DNA from: Myxococcota bacterium
Lineage (GTDB): Bacteria > Myxococcota_A > UBA9160 > UBA4427
Assembly (NCBI GenBank): GCA_036336835.1
Contig: JAYZFK010000062.1
Location: 96,001 to 160,000, forward strand
Direction: 5' to 3'
DNA: 64,000 nucleotides
A program made the position numbers and the translations under genes. Position 1 is the stretch's first letter, and each line of letters starts with the position of its first letter. Positions 29,466 to 39,543 of the stretch are shown here, in pieces. The notes under the pieces were generated by a model, which saw nothing but the letters and a program-made list of their open reading frames with translations, had not been told where the DNA came from and did no database searches.

Positions 29466-30433
29466 CGGGTCGCCCCCGAAATGTGCTCGCCGCCGTCGAC
29501 GCGGATCACCTCGCCGTTGATCCATCCCGCAGCTGGAAGCGCAAGCAGGTGGATCACACTCGCGATGTCCTGCGGCGTGGTCAGGCGACCCAACGGATTG
29601 CGCAGCCGCGCCTGGGCCTTGAGGTGGTCACTGCCCGGGATGGCGGCCAGGGCCGGAGTCTCGGTGACTCCTGCCTGGATCACGTTGCAGCGGATCCCGT
29701 GCGGCCCGAACTCCACCGCGATCGAACGCGCCAACGCCTCGAGCGACACCTTGGCCGCAGACACGGCGGCATAGCCCTTCCACGCCACCTCGTTTCCCTC
29801 GCTCGTCAGCCCGAAGACTCGTGCATCGTCGGCGAACAGCTTGCGTGAGAACAGCTCCTGCACCCACCCGAGCAGGCTGGTTCCCATCGAGAGGATGGTC
29901 CGGGCGAAGTCTTCCTCGTCCAGATAGGAGCGCTCGGGGTACTGGGCCGGGCTGGTGAGGGGATGGAGCCCGTCCTCGTCGCCTTCGCCGAATATCTCGT
30001 CGGCGGCCTCGATCAGTCTCTCGGGGTCGAGCCCGAGCCGGGCCGCCAGCGCGGCGGCCGCGGTGCGCGGCTGCACCTTCTCGGGTGCGATCAGCTTCAG
30101 GTTTCCGAACGCGATCGAGTGGAGCAGCACCCGTACGCAGCCGTTCACGCCGAGCGCCTCTGCCAGCTCGTCGAGCACACCCGTCCGCTTCTCGGGACTG
30201 ATCGCGTCGACGTTCCAGGTGCGCAGCTCGACACCAAGGCCCTGGAGCTTCTCGAACTCCGGCTCGATGCGCGCCATGGCACCGCGACGATCGCGGTGGA
30301 CAATCGCCACGTTCATGCCCCGCTCGGCGAGCTTCTGCGCCGTCGCGAGGCCCATGCCGCTCGAACCACCCAGGATCAGCGCCCAGGAACTGCTGGGAAA
30401 GTCACTCGCCAAGTTCCATCCTCCAGAGGACAC
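29462..30433 (-). CDS. SDR-type enoyl-ACP reductase (FabL/FabI-like) with internal insertion
   Basis: GGSSGMG, YAAVSAAK (YX6K) and QAGVTETPAL motifs. Confidence 0.8.
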   Translation of the reverse strand: MSSGGWNLASDFPSSSWALILGGSSGMGLATAQKLAERGMNVAIVHRDRRGAMARIEPEFEKLQGLGVELRTWNVDAISPEKRTGVLDELAEALGVNGCVRVLLHSIAFGNLKLIAPEKVQPRTAAAALAARLGLDPERLIEAADEIFGEGDEDGLHPLTSPAQYPERSYLDEEDFARTILSMGTSLLGWVQELFSRKLFADDARVFGLTSEGNEVAWKGYAAVSAAKVSLEALARSIAVEFGPHGIRCNVIQAGVTETPALAAIPGSDHLKAQARLRNPLGRLTTPQDIASVIHLLALPAAGWINGEVIRVDGGEHISGATR

Positions 30434-30715
30434 GAGACGCGGCGGCCGCCTTGAAGACCGCGGGGGAGCTACAAAGCACGCCCGGAAGGCCCTAGCTTGC
30501 GCCGTCCGAGCGAACGTAGCTGAACGATCTCACGCCGAATGTAAAGGCTTTGCAAGATCTCGCTGCGCGAGTCCTTCGACTCACCGAGGGGGGACAGCGA
30601 TGAATAGCAGATCCTGACTTCGAGTCATACAACCTCAGCGTTGCCCCGCGGGGAATTCGGGCGCCGCAGTAGACGGTCCCGGAGCAAACGCGGGCTCGGC
30701 TCGAGCTCGGCACCG

Positions 30716-31708
30716 CTACGGAGCGACCAGCCCCTTTGCCTGGAGCCCGAGACCGACAATCGCTTCGCGCGGCACCGCAACGACGTCCTCGTTCGGCTGT
30801 TTCGAGCCTTCGAATCGATACGGAACCAGGCGGTACGCGCCATTGATCAGCTCGCCGCGCACGGCTGCGAACCCGAACAACAGGTAGCCATCCGGGAAGG
30901 CCGCGCGAATCTCGGCAGTCGACTTGAAGGTGACGTCGAGATGGTCCTTGTGCGTGATCTCGACGACGACGACCGGCCGGTCGCGCTCGAGGCTCGCGCG
31001 CAGGCCGGCGAGGACTGGCTTCTCGTAGCTCTCGACGTCGATCTTCATGAGATCGATGCGCGGGATGCGACCGCTCTCGACGAGTGAATCACCGGTGACG
31101 ATCTTCAGCTTGCGGTGACTGGGCCGGTTCGCCTCGGAGAATCCCTCGACGAAGCTTCCGATTCCGAGGTTGCCTTCGGGCGGCTCGAAGAACTCGAGCT
31201 CCTCGTCTGCCGCTCCGAGCCCAACCATATGAGTGATGATGTTGTCGATGTCATTCAGCTCGATGTGCTCGTATAGCCGCTCTAGCGCTCTGTCCCAGGG
31301 CTCGATCGCGTGGACTTCGGCGGCATGCTGCGACATGAAGAGCGAGTGCTGGCCCGTATTGGCACCGACGTCGACGAAGGAGAGCTCCGCCTCGCCGAGC
31401 GCTGCCGCCACGTCGCGCAGGAAGAACAGCAGTGGCTTCTCCCAGGCTCCGTACAGCATCACGTGGCGGTCGAGAATGCCGCGCGAGTTGCCCGTGTAGC
31501 GGAGCCCGAAGAAGTCGATCTCGAACTCGACGGGCTGGCGAGGACTGTGGACGACGATTTGCCGCTCGGCCTCGGGGCAATCGCGGCGGGTCGCGGCCTC
31601 GACCTCGCGGTCCCGTGTCGCCGCCTGCCACACGATCGTGGCCACGAGAACGAGTACCAGCGCGATGAGTGCCCGTTCGAGAGCAGTCCGGTCGGCGACG
31701 ATCGACAT
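30716..31708 (-). CDS. Membrane-anchored FkbM-family methyltransferase
   Basis: N-terminal TM segment; FVDVGANTGQHS and MKIDVESYE motifs. Confidence 0.88.
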   Translation of the reverse strand: MSIVADRTALERALIALVLVLVATIVWQAATRDREVEAATRRDCPEAERQIVVHSPRQPVEFEIDFFGLRYTGNSRGILDRHVMLYGAWEKPLLFFLRDVAAALGEAELSFVDVGANTGQHSLFMSQHAAEVHAIEPWDRALERLYEHIELNDIDNIITHMVGLGAADEELEFFEPPEGNLGIGSFVEGFSEANRPSHRKLKIVTGDSLVESGRIPRIDLMKIDVESYEKPVLAGLRASLERDRPVVVVEITHKDHLDVTFKSTAEIRAAFPDGYLLFGFAAVRGELINGAYRLVPYRFEGSKQPNEDVVAVPREAIVGLGLQAKGLVAP

Positions 31709-31755
31709 GCGTTCACCTCTCCTCGAGACGGCCACGACTGCCCAACCCGAGAGTC

Positions 31756-34578
31756 CTACGGGCCCGGTTGGTCCCCGGCCACGGTCTTCGCCTGGAGACC
31801 GATCTCCTGCAACATGCCCGACAGCTCGGAGCGGAGCGCGACGCGGACCGCGACTCCTCGAGGCAGCGCCTGCTGCAGCTTCGCGAAGTATCGGCGATCG
31901 GGCCGGCCGTCGACGATCACGACGATACCGCGGTCCTCCTCGCTGCGGATCAGCCGGCCGGTCATCTGCTTGAGGTGCAACAGCATCTTGCCGAGCGCGA
32001 AGCGCTCGAACGGCGAGCCACCGGACTCGCGGATGCGCGCCTCGCGTCGCTTGCGAAGCTCCGTCGGAACCTCGAACGGCAGCTTCTCGATGACCACCGC
32101 CTGCAGGTCCTCACCCGGGATGTCGAGGCCCTGCCAGAAGGTGCGCGCACCGAGTAGGATCGCGCCGCCGCGCACCCGTGTGAAGCGCTGGACCAGCGCG
32201 GCCGGGTCGTCGGATGCGCGGCGCGGCGCCAGGATCTCGAAGCCCTCGCCGCGCAGCTCCTGGTCGAGCAGCTCAGCCACCTGATTCATCCGCCGCAGAC
32301 TGGTGAACAGTCCGAGCGTGCGGCCGCCCAGCGCGCGCGCAAGATCCGCGATCACGGCCGCCGTCTCGGGCACGACCTGGTCGGCGTCGGTCTTCAGGAC
32401 TGCGACGCGCATGTGCTCGGCATACGGGAACGGGCTCTCGACCGAGACGCGGCCGGTCGGCAGCAGTGAGCGCTCCTCCACCTCGAGCTCGCCTAGCGCA
32501 GCGAACGCATCGCCGCCGACGAACAAGCTGGCCGACACCGCCGTGAACGACTCGAGTCGCTGCAGGAAGCTCTCGTGGAAAGCCGCTGCTGGGGATACGG
32601 CACGAATTGCCAGACGCCAGCGGTCATACGGCGGCTCGAGTCGCTCGAAGGCGGAGACGCTGTCGCCCGACTCGTCGGCGAACGCCAGACGCAATCCGTG
32701 AGCCGCCTCGCGCAGCTCTCCTACGACCTTTGCGACGGCGCTCATCCCCTCGCCCGCCTCGTCCCACTCCTCGCCGCCATCGTCGAGCGAGCTGGCGTGA
32801 TCGGCCACCTGCCCGAGCCGGCGAGCGGCCGTCTCGGCGAGAGCTGCCGCTTCCGGCAAGACCTTCTCGGGATACTGTGGAAGCTGGACTTCACCGTACT
32901 CGCTCGCGTGGTCAGCCAGCGTGCGTCCGAGCGCGGAGAGATCGAGCGCGATACTGCGCCGCCAAGCTACGACGTCCTTGGCAGCCGCGCGCGTCTTCGA
33001 GCGCGGCAGCAACCCCGAGCGATTGCGCTCGCCCGAACGCCCGTAGATCTCGTCGATCGCTTCGAGCACTTCGTCGGGCCGAACCGTGATCGCATAGACC
33101 TCGTCCGCAACGCCCGCCAACTCGTGCCCCTCGTCGACGATCGCGTGCGTGAAGGGCGGATAGTCGGGCGGCCAGCGCAGCAGCAGGTCGTGATTGGCAA
33201 CGACGAGGTGCGCCTTCGCCAGACCCGCGCGCCGACGACCGAATGGACAACTGCGCTGCCTGGCGCACTCCTCGCGCGAGCACTGCTGTGCCCGGGTGGC
33301 GACACTGCGCCGGCGCAGGTCGCGCAGCGGCGGGTAGCGTCGCAGGAGCGCGGCCGGCAGTGTGCCGACCTCGCCGTGCGGGCGCGTCCGCGCGCAGCCC
33401 AGCATCACGGCGTAGGCCATTCGATCGGCTTCGAAGATACTCGGCTCGCGTCCCTCGGCCAGGACACTCTCGAGCCGTCGCTCGCACACGTAGTTGGCGC
33501 GGCCCTTGATCGAGAGCGCGCGTAGGTCGGGATGGCCGAGGAAGCGCGCGGCTGCCGCAATGTCCTTCAACAGCAGCTGATCCTGCAGCAGCTTGGTCCG
33601 CGTCGAGATCACGACCGGCTCGTTCACACCTCCGGCTGCCCGCTCCATCGCGAACGGGATCGCGGCGGCCAGATAGGCCAGCGACTTGCCCACACCGGTG
33701 CCGCCCTCGATCAGTAGCGCGCCGCCATCGTCGAGCGCACGCACGAACTGACGCGCCAACTCGACCTGCTCGGCGCGCGCGCGATAGCCGGGCAGATAGC
33801 GACGACCGCGCTCCTCGTCGGCCAGTGCCTCCGCGATTGCATCCTCATCGAAGGGCACCGGCTTCTCTCGGCTCTCTCCGATGTGCACGAACTGCGAAGG
33901 CTCGTCGTCCTCCACGACGAGCTCCTTGCCGAGCAGAGCCAGCCACGGCGAGCTGGGCGCATAACCGAGCACGGCGCGAGACGCCGTCAGGTAGCGAGCC
34001 TCCCCCTGCCTCACGCCGAGGCCGATGCGCGAGAGCACGCGCGCCGTGTCCAGCGCATCCTCGAGCGCTCGGTGCTGCTCCTCGGCCCCGAGCAGCATGC
34101 GCGTGAACGACTCGAGCCGCAGGTCCGGCGCGTCTGGGTGCGTCAGCGCCAGCAGGTCCTGGGTGTCGAGGTAGGAGGACTCGTCGAGTCGCGAGTCGAC
34201 GCAGCGCGTGAGAAAGGTGCGCTCGAACTCGGCGTTGTGGGCAATCAACGTCCGTCCGGCGAGCGCGTCGCGCACCACCGGAGCAACCGTGCGCAGCATC
34301 GGTGCATCCGCGACGTCCTCGTCGCACAGACCGGTCAGCCGTTGGATCAGAAGCGACAGCGGCTGGCTCGGCCGCACCAGGCTCTGGAACGTGGCCACCC
34401 GGCCGGGGTCGAGCAGCACGAGGCCAAACTCGAGAATCTCAGCGGCCGGATCGTCGGGCAGGCCGGTCGTCTCTAGATCGATCACGGCCAAAGGACCGAG
34501 CTGACCGACGAGCTCTTCGACCGCCGACAGATCGATCCCGACCTGGGCTGGATCCTGTTCTTCGATCGAGAGACCCAC
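31756..34578 (-). CDS. dinG: DinG-family helicase with N-terminal DEDDh 3'-5' exonuclease
   Basis: IDLETTG, HNAEFE and HRALEDA (exonuclease); GGTGVGKS, KGRANYVC, DEGH and GRLIRSEEDRG (helicase). Confidence 0.9.
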   Translation of the reverse strand: MGLSIEEQDPAQVGIDLSAVEELVGQLGPLAVIDLETTGLPDDPAAEILEFGLVLLDPGRVATFQSLVRPSQPLSLLIQRLTGLCDEDVADAPMLRTVAPVVRDALAGRTLIAHNAEFERTFLTRCVDSRLDESSYLDTQDLLALTHPDAPDLRLESFTRMLLGAEEQHRALEDALDTARVLSRIGLGVRQGEARYLTASRAVLGYAPSSPWLALLGKELVVEDDEPSQFVHIGESREKPVPFDEDAIAEALADEERGRRYLPGYRARAEQVELARQFVRALDDGGALLIEGGTGVGKSLAYLAAAIPFAMERAAGGVNEPVVISTRTKLLQDQLLLKDIAAAARFLGHPDLRALSIKGRANYVCERRLESVLAEGREPSIFEADRMAYAVMLGCARTRPHGEVGTLPAALLRRYPPLRDLRRRSVATRAQQCSREECARQRSCPFGRRRAGLAKAHLVVANHDLLLRWPPDYPPFTHAIVDEGHELAGVADEVYAITVRPDEVLEAIDEIYGRSGERNRSGLLPRSKTRAAAKDVVAWRRSIALDLSALGRTLADHASEYGEVQLPQYPEKVLPEAAALAETAARRLGQVADHASSLDDGGEEWDEAGEGMSAVAKVVGELREAAHGLRLAFADESGDSVSAFERLEPPYDRWRLAIRAVSPAAAFHESFLQRLESFTAVSASLFVGGDAFAALGELEVEERSLLPTGRVSVESPFPYAEHMRVAVLKTDADQVVPETAAVIADLARALGGRTLGLFTSLRRMNQVAELLDQELRGEGFEILAPRRASDDPAALVQRFTRVRGGAILLGARTFWQGLDIPGEDLQAVVIEKLPFEVPTELRKRREARIRESGGSPFERFALGKMLLHLKQMTGRLIRSEEDRGIVVIVDGRPDRRYFAKLQQALPRGVAVRVALRSELSGMLQEIGLQAKTVAGDQPGP

Positions 34579-34617
34579 CCCGATCCCCTCAGTGCCCAGG
34601 AATTGGCCTGGGCTCAG

Positions 34618-36264
34618 CTACACGTAGATGCCGCCGCCGTACTCACTGTCCTGCCGGATGATGACGTTGACCAGCGCGGGCTTGCCGCTCGCGCGCGCGC
34701 GCTCCAGCGCCGGGCGGATCTCTTCGGGTCGCTCACAGAACTCGCCGTGGCCTCCCAGAGCCTCGACGACCTTGTCATAGCGTGTGTAGTTGAGCAGCGT
34801 CGCCGCGGTGCGGTCCGCACCGTAGATGCCGCGCTGCGGACGCATCATCTGACCCCAGGCCGCATCATTGCCGAGAACGCCGACGATCGGCAGCTTGAAG
34901 CGCACCGCCGTGTCGTACTCGAAGCCGTTCAGGCCGAACGAGCCGTCGCCATAGACGATCACGACGGGCTTGCCCGGATTGGTGTGCTGCGCAGCTAGCG
35001 CAAACGGCATGCCGACGCCGAGCGTGCCAAGCGGCCCCGGGTCCATCCAGGCGCCCTCGCGCTTGACGGGCAGGATCTTCGCCGCGGTCGCCACGATGTC
35101 GCCGCCGTCGCCGACCACGATCGGATCGTCGAGCGTTGCGAGCCAGTCTCGCACCTCGCGACACATCCGCTGCGGGTCGATCGGCACCTCGTCGCTATTG
35201 AGGCTCGACTCGACCTTGGCCTCTTCCTCGTTCTCCAGCACGCGCAGTTCGTCGCGCCAGGCCGAAAAATCGAGCCGTACCCCCTGGTTCTTCATCTCCT
35301 CCAGCAAGAGCTCGAAGCTGCAGGCGAGATTCCCGACCACGGGCACGTCCGTCTGGCGATTCTGGCCGATCAGTGTGTTGTCCAGATCGAGCTGGATGAT
35401 CTTGGCATCGGCCGGAATGCTCTGACCAAAACGCATGCGGAAGTCGAGCAGCGTGCCCGCGAGCATGATGCAGTCGATGTTCTTCAGCGCGTGGCGCCGC
35501 GAGCGGTTCATCCACTCGGGCGAGTCGGGATCCATGCAGCCGCGACCCATGCCGTTGGTGTAGGTCGGGATGTGAATCTCCGAGGCAAAGCGCTGTAGCT
35601 CGGCGCTCGCGTGCGACCACTTGACGCTGGTGCCTGCCATCAGCATGGGACGCTGCGCCTGCGCCAACATCTCGATCGCCTGGCGCACGTAGTCGCGGTC
35701 GGGCCGGATGCGCGGAGGAACGGTGCGGATCTTCGGAATGGGCGCGTCGGCCCATTCGACCTGACCCATGAAAACGTCCATCGGAATCTCGAGATAGGCG
35801 GGGCCGGGAACGCCCGAGATTGCGTGGCGAATCGCGAGCTCGACGTACTCCGGGATACGGTGCGTCTGGAAGCAGGAGTCAGCGTACTTGGTGATGGGAC
35901 GCATCACTCCGATGTGGTCCATCTCCTGCAACGAGCCGCGGCGCATGTCCGCGAAAGGCCCCTGGCCCCCGAACACGAGGATGGGCGAGTTCGCTCGCCA
36001 GGCGTTCGCAATGCCCGTGACGCCGTCGGTGGCGCCCGGCCCCGCGGTGACCGCTGCGACACCGATCGATCCCGGGTTGCAGCGCGCCCAGGCATCGGCC
36101 GCGTGCACGGCCGCCTGCTCGTGGCGTACGTCGATGATGTCGATGCCCTCGTCGAGACAGCCGTCGTAGATCGGCATGATGTGGCCGCCGGAGAGCGTGA
36201 AGATGACCTTCACACCGGCTTCCTTGAGGGCGCGAGCCGCGAGCTTTCCGCCGTGGACGGGCAT
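34618..36264 (-). CDS. TPP-dependent enzyme (IlvB / 2-hydroxyacyl-CoA lyase / oxalyl-CoA decarboxylase family)
   Basis: RHEQAA, TAGPG, GTLGVG and GDGSFG...NDAAWG motifs. Confidence 0.9.
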   Translation of the reverse strand: MPVHGGKLAARALKEAGVKVIFTLSGGHIMPIYDGCLDEGIDIIDVRHEQAAVHAADAWARCNPGSIGVAAVTAGPGATDGVTGIANAWRANSPILVFGGQGPFADMRRGSLQEMDHIGVMRPITKYADSCFQTHRIPEYVELAIRHAISGVPGPAYLEIPMDVFMGQVEWADAPIPKIRTVPPRIRPDRDYVRQAIEMLAQAQRPMLMAGTSVKWSHASAELQRFASEIHIPTYTNGMGRGCMDPDSPEWMNRSRRHALKNIDCIMLAGTLLDFRMRFGQSIPADAKIIQLDLDNTLIGQNRQTDVPVVGNLACSFELLLEEMKNQGVRLDFSAWRDELRVLENEEEAKVESSLNSDEVPIDPQRMCREVRDWLATLDDPIVVGDGGDIVATAAKILPVKREGAWMDPGPLGTLGVGMPFALAAQHTNPGKPVVIVYGDGSFGLNGFEYDTAVRFKLPIVGVLGNDAAWGQMMRPQRGIYGADRTAATLLNYTRYDKVVEALGGHGEFCERPEEIRPALERARASGKPALVNVIIRQDSEYGGGIYV

Positions 36265-36409
36265 GGGGGGACTCCTCGTGTGGTGCGGCGGGGCGCGTTG
36301 CCTGGAAGGACGATGCGAGAGCACCCAGCCAATGGACCACGGTAACACGCGCCTCGTCACCGGGCACCGAAACACCACCGAGACGAACACAGAGAACTCG
36401 CGAAGACGC

Positions 36410-36435
36410 AAAAAACCCGCCGATCGCTCGGCGGG
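36410..36435 (-). terminator. Intrinsic terminator after pal
   Basis: CCCGCCGA-gcga-TCGGCGGG followed by T6 on minus strand. Confidence 0.85.
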
Positions 36436-36462
36436 CCTTTCGCAGTCGAGTTCGGGCGACGA

Positions 36463-36948
36463 TCAGCGCGTCTGGAACTCGGCTCGCCGATTCCACTGCC
36501 AGGCTGCTTCCGAATGCCCCAGTGCAGCCGGCTTTGCTTCGCCGTAGCTGATCGTCCACAGCTGACCACCGTCCGCACCGAGATTGACCAGATATTTCTT
36601 CACGGCGGTGGCGCGCCGCTCGCCCAGCGCGAGGTTGTACTCCTCATCGCCGCGCTCGTCAGTGTGCCCTTCGATGGTCATGTTGCTGCCCGACTCGCGC
36701 AGCACCTCCGCGTCCTTGCGCAGCACGCTGCGCGCGTCGGCGCGGATGGCCGAGCTGTCGAAATCGAAGTAGATCGTTCCCAACTCGATCTCGGCCGGGG
36801 GCATGGGCAACGGCTCGACCGGCCCACGGTCGATGAACTCGGCCGTTTCATCGACCTCTACCTCGACCGTCGTCGTCTGCTGACAGGCCGAAAGTCCCAG
36901 CACGAGAACCGCGAACAGCGCCGTAGCGGTGGTCGAAACTCGCTTCAT
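36463..36948 (-). CDS. pal: Peptidoglycan-associated lipoprotein (Pal/OmpA_C)
   Basis: Lipobox LSAC; IYFDFDSS, EGHTDERG, YNLALGERRA and NRRAEF motifs. Confidence 0.88.
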   Translation of the reverse strand: MKRVSTTATALFAVLVLGLSACQQTTTVEVEVDETAEFIDRGPVEPLPMPPAEIELGTIYFDFDSSAIRADARSVLRKDAEVLRESGSNMTIEGHTDERGDEEYNLALGERRATAVKKYLVNLGADGGQLWTISYGEAKPAALGHSEAAWQWNRRAEFQTR

Positions 36949-37126
36949 TCCCTTCGATCTCCTTGACCCGGCACGAACTGGCGCGTCTACGGGCCCGTTC
37001 GGCGAAAACCGGGAGCATCGTTGCACCCGGCCCCTTCCATCCCTGCAACCGCGCAGGAGTGTGGGGAGAATATTGCGGCCGTGCAAGGTGTCGCCTACGT
37101 GATCCACCTCACAGCCAGCAGCTGAC

Positions 37127-37831
37127 TCAGGGTTCTGCGAGCAGATCGACAGTCGCCTCGATCAGCCGCTCGTCATTGGGGTGATGGGCGAGCGCCTCAC
37201 TGAGCAGCCGCAGCGCTTCGTCCTGCGCCCCCTCGCGGAGCAGCAGGTCGACGACCGCGAGCGTCGCATCCGCATGACCCGGCTGCTCGGCCAGTACCCA
37301 CGCGAGATGATCGATTGCTGCAGCGATCTGGTTCGCCTCGCGCGCCTGCGCGGCCCCCGCGACGTGGGCGCGGATCGCCAGCGTGCTCAACGGCTCAGCG
37401 CGGCAGACGACCGCAGACGGTGTCCGCTCGGCCAGCTCGATGGCGGCGGCCCAGGCCTCGCGATCCAGCTCGGCGGTCACCGCGGCCAGCAGCGCGTCGC
37501 AGCGAGCAGCGGTCAGCTCGGCATCGAAGGCGTCGGCGCGGATACGCTCGAGCTGGTCGAACCAGCCGAGCGCGGCTGCCGGCCGACCCAGCTGCAGCTC
37601 GGCGAGCGCCAGCCCCCCCAGCGCTGCGGGGTGGTCGGGCGCCAGCTCGTGGGCCCGGAGGAAGCCTGTGAGGGCGCTCGCAGCATTGCCCATCGCGAGC
37701 TCTGCCTCGGCCTCGCGGAGCGCTGCCTGGTGCGGAGGCGGCGGCTCGCTCGCGCAGCTGGCAGCCAGGGCCAGCAGCAGAAGCGCACACCCGCCACCTG
37801 GCAGGCTCCAGCCGATCGCGCAGCGTCGCAT
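37127..37831 (-). CDS. TPR-repeat lipoprotein
   Basis: Signal ending AASC; TPR-like helices (AHELAPDHPAALGGLA). Start uncertain. Confidence 0.7.
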   Translation of the reverse strand: MRRCAIGWSLPGGGCALLLLALAASCASEPPPPHQAALREAEAELAMGNAASALTGFLRAHELAPDHPAALGGLALAELQLGRPAAALGWFDQLERIRADAFDAELTAARCDALLAAVTAELDREAWAAAIELAERTPSAVVCRAEPLSTLAIRAHVAGAAQAREANQIAAAIDHLAWVLAEQPGHADATLAVVDLLLREGAQDEALRLLSEALAHHPNDERLIEATVDLLAEP

Positions 37832-37922
37832 CGACGCAGCATGCCGCGTCCTCGGATCCGCGGGAAGGAATACTGCCAGTTCGGTAGCCTCCAATGCCCC
37901 TCACCGCTCAGGACCCGAACGC

Positions 37923-39425
37923 ATGCCGGACGATATCTCGACAAGCCCAGGCCGTACCGCAAACTCCCTCGTGCTCGTCCGCTACAGCGGCGACCTGACG
38001 ACCAAGGGCCGCCTCACCCGCCAGCACTTCTCGAAGCGGCTGGCGCGCAACATCAAGGATGCATTGCGCAGCCTCGCGCTGCGCTCGCGGATCGAGCGCC
38101 GCCACGACCGGCTCCACGTTCAGCTCGAATCGGAGTCCGACGCCCGGGCCGCCGCACCGCTGATCGCCCAGGTCTTCGGCGTGCAGTCGGTGGCCCAGGT
38201 GGCCGAGCGGCAGTGGAGTACGCGCGAGGACCTGGTGCGGCACGGCGTGGAGCTGTTCGGCGACGCGGTCACCGGCAAGCGCTTCGCGGTGCGGGCGCGG
38301 CGGGTGGGAGATCGCTCGCGCATCCCGGTGTCCTCCGCCGAGCTGGCGCGCGATCTCGGCACGGCGCTACTCCCGCGCAGCGCCGGAGTCGACCTCGGCA
38401 CCCCCGAGTTCGCGGCGCAGGTCGAGATCGGACCCGGTCATGCGCACTTCTTCCGCGAGGCATTGCGCGGCCCGGCCGGGCTGCCACTCGGCGTCGAAGG
38501 CCGGGCCGTGGCGCTGGTGTCCGGAGGCTTCGACTCCGCAGTCGCCGCCTGGCAGATCCAGAAACGCGGCGTCGCACTCGACTACGTCTTCTGCAATCTC
38601 GGCGGGAGAACCCACCTGCTCGGAACGCTGCGCGTGATGAAGCACATCGCCGACCACTGGTCGCACGGCGCACGCCCCCACTTCCACGCGATCGAGTTCG
38701 AGGATGTCTCGCAGGAGCTGCAGCGCGCCTGCACCACCCGCTACTGGCAAGTGGTGCTCAAGCGCCTGATGCTGCGCGCCGCATCCGCCGTGGCAACCGA
38801 GCGCGGAGCGACCGCCATCGTCACCGGGGACGCCATCGGCCAGGTGTCGTCGCAGACGCTCCAGAATCTGGCGGCGATCTCGCGCGCCACCGAGCTGCCG
38901 ATCCTGCGCCCGCTTGTCGGCCTCAACAAGGACGAGATCCTGCACACGGCTCGCCGCATCGGAACATTCGAGCTCTCGAAGGTCGTGGGCGAGTACTGCG
39001 CACTGGTTCCCGCCAAGCCGTCGACCGGGGCGCGGCTCTCTGTGGTCGAAGCCGAGGAAGCCCGGCTCGATCTCGGCCTGCTCGATCGCGCGGCGGCGGA
39101 ACGAAGCATCTTCGAGCTGCGCTCGATCAATCTCGCGACACTCGACGATCCGGAGATCCAGGTCGACGCCATCTCGCACGATGCAACCGTGATCGACCTG
39201 CGTAGCAAGCCCGCCTATCAGAGCTGGCACTACCCGGGCGCGCTGCTGCTCGAGTTCAACGAGGCGATGGCGTCCTATCCCTCCTTCGACCGCTCGCAGC
39301 ACTACGTCTTGTACTGCGAGTTCGGTCTGAAGAGCGCGCACCTGGCCGAGCGCATGCGCGCCGAGGGATTCGACGCCGCGAGCTACCAGAACGGAGCCGC
39401 CACGCTGCAAGCTCGCTCGAGCTGA
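37923..39425 (+). CDS. thiI: tRNA 4-thiouridine synthase ThiI with C-terminal rhodanese
   Basis: THUMP domain, SGGFDS, GQVSSQT, EYC and VLYCEFGLKS motifs. Confidence 0.94.
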   Translation: MPDDISTSPGRTANSLVLVRYSGDLTTKGRLTRQHFSKRLARNIKDALRSLALRSRIERRHDRLHVQLESESDARAAAPLIAQVFGVQSVAQVAERQWSTREDLVRHGVELFGDAVTGKRFAVRARRVGDRSRIPVSSAELARDLGTALLPRSAGVDLGTPEFAAQVEIGPGHAHFFREALRGPAGLPLGVEGRAVALVSGGFDSAVAAWQIQKRGVALDYVFCNLGGRTHLLGTLRVMKHIADHWSHGARPHFHAIEFEDVSQELQRACTTRYWQVVLKRLMLRAASAVATERGATAIVTGDAIGQVSSQTLQNLAAISRATELPILRPLVGLNKDEILHTARRIGTFELSKVVGEYCALVPAKPSTGARLSVVEAEEARLDLGLLDRAAAERSIFELRSINLATLDDPEIQVDAISHDATVIDLRSKPAYQSWHYPGALLLEFNEAMASYPSFDRSQHYVLYCEFGLKSAHLAERMRAEGFDAASYQNGAATLQARSS

Positions 39426-39543
39426 AACCGCGCGTGCCAGCGGGCCGAGCGGGGCGCCCGGCACGACGTCAGCCGGACAGCTCGAGCACAGGGCCGCTGC
39501 CCGCGAGCGTACCGCTGGCGCGGTGCTGGCAAGATCCCACCGG

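Noticed and set aside
30587..30673. Strong G-rich RBS followed by ATG (MNSRS*)
   Set aside because: Only 5 codons and no recognisable leader-peptide logic or downstream plus-strand gene; cannot be supported.
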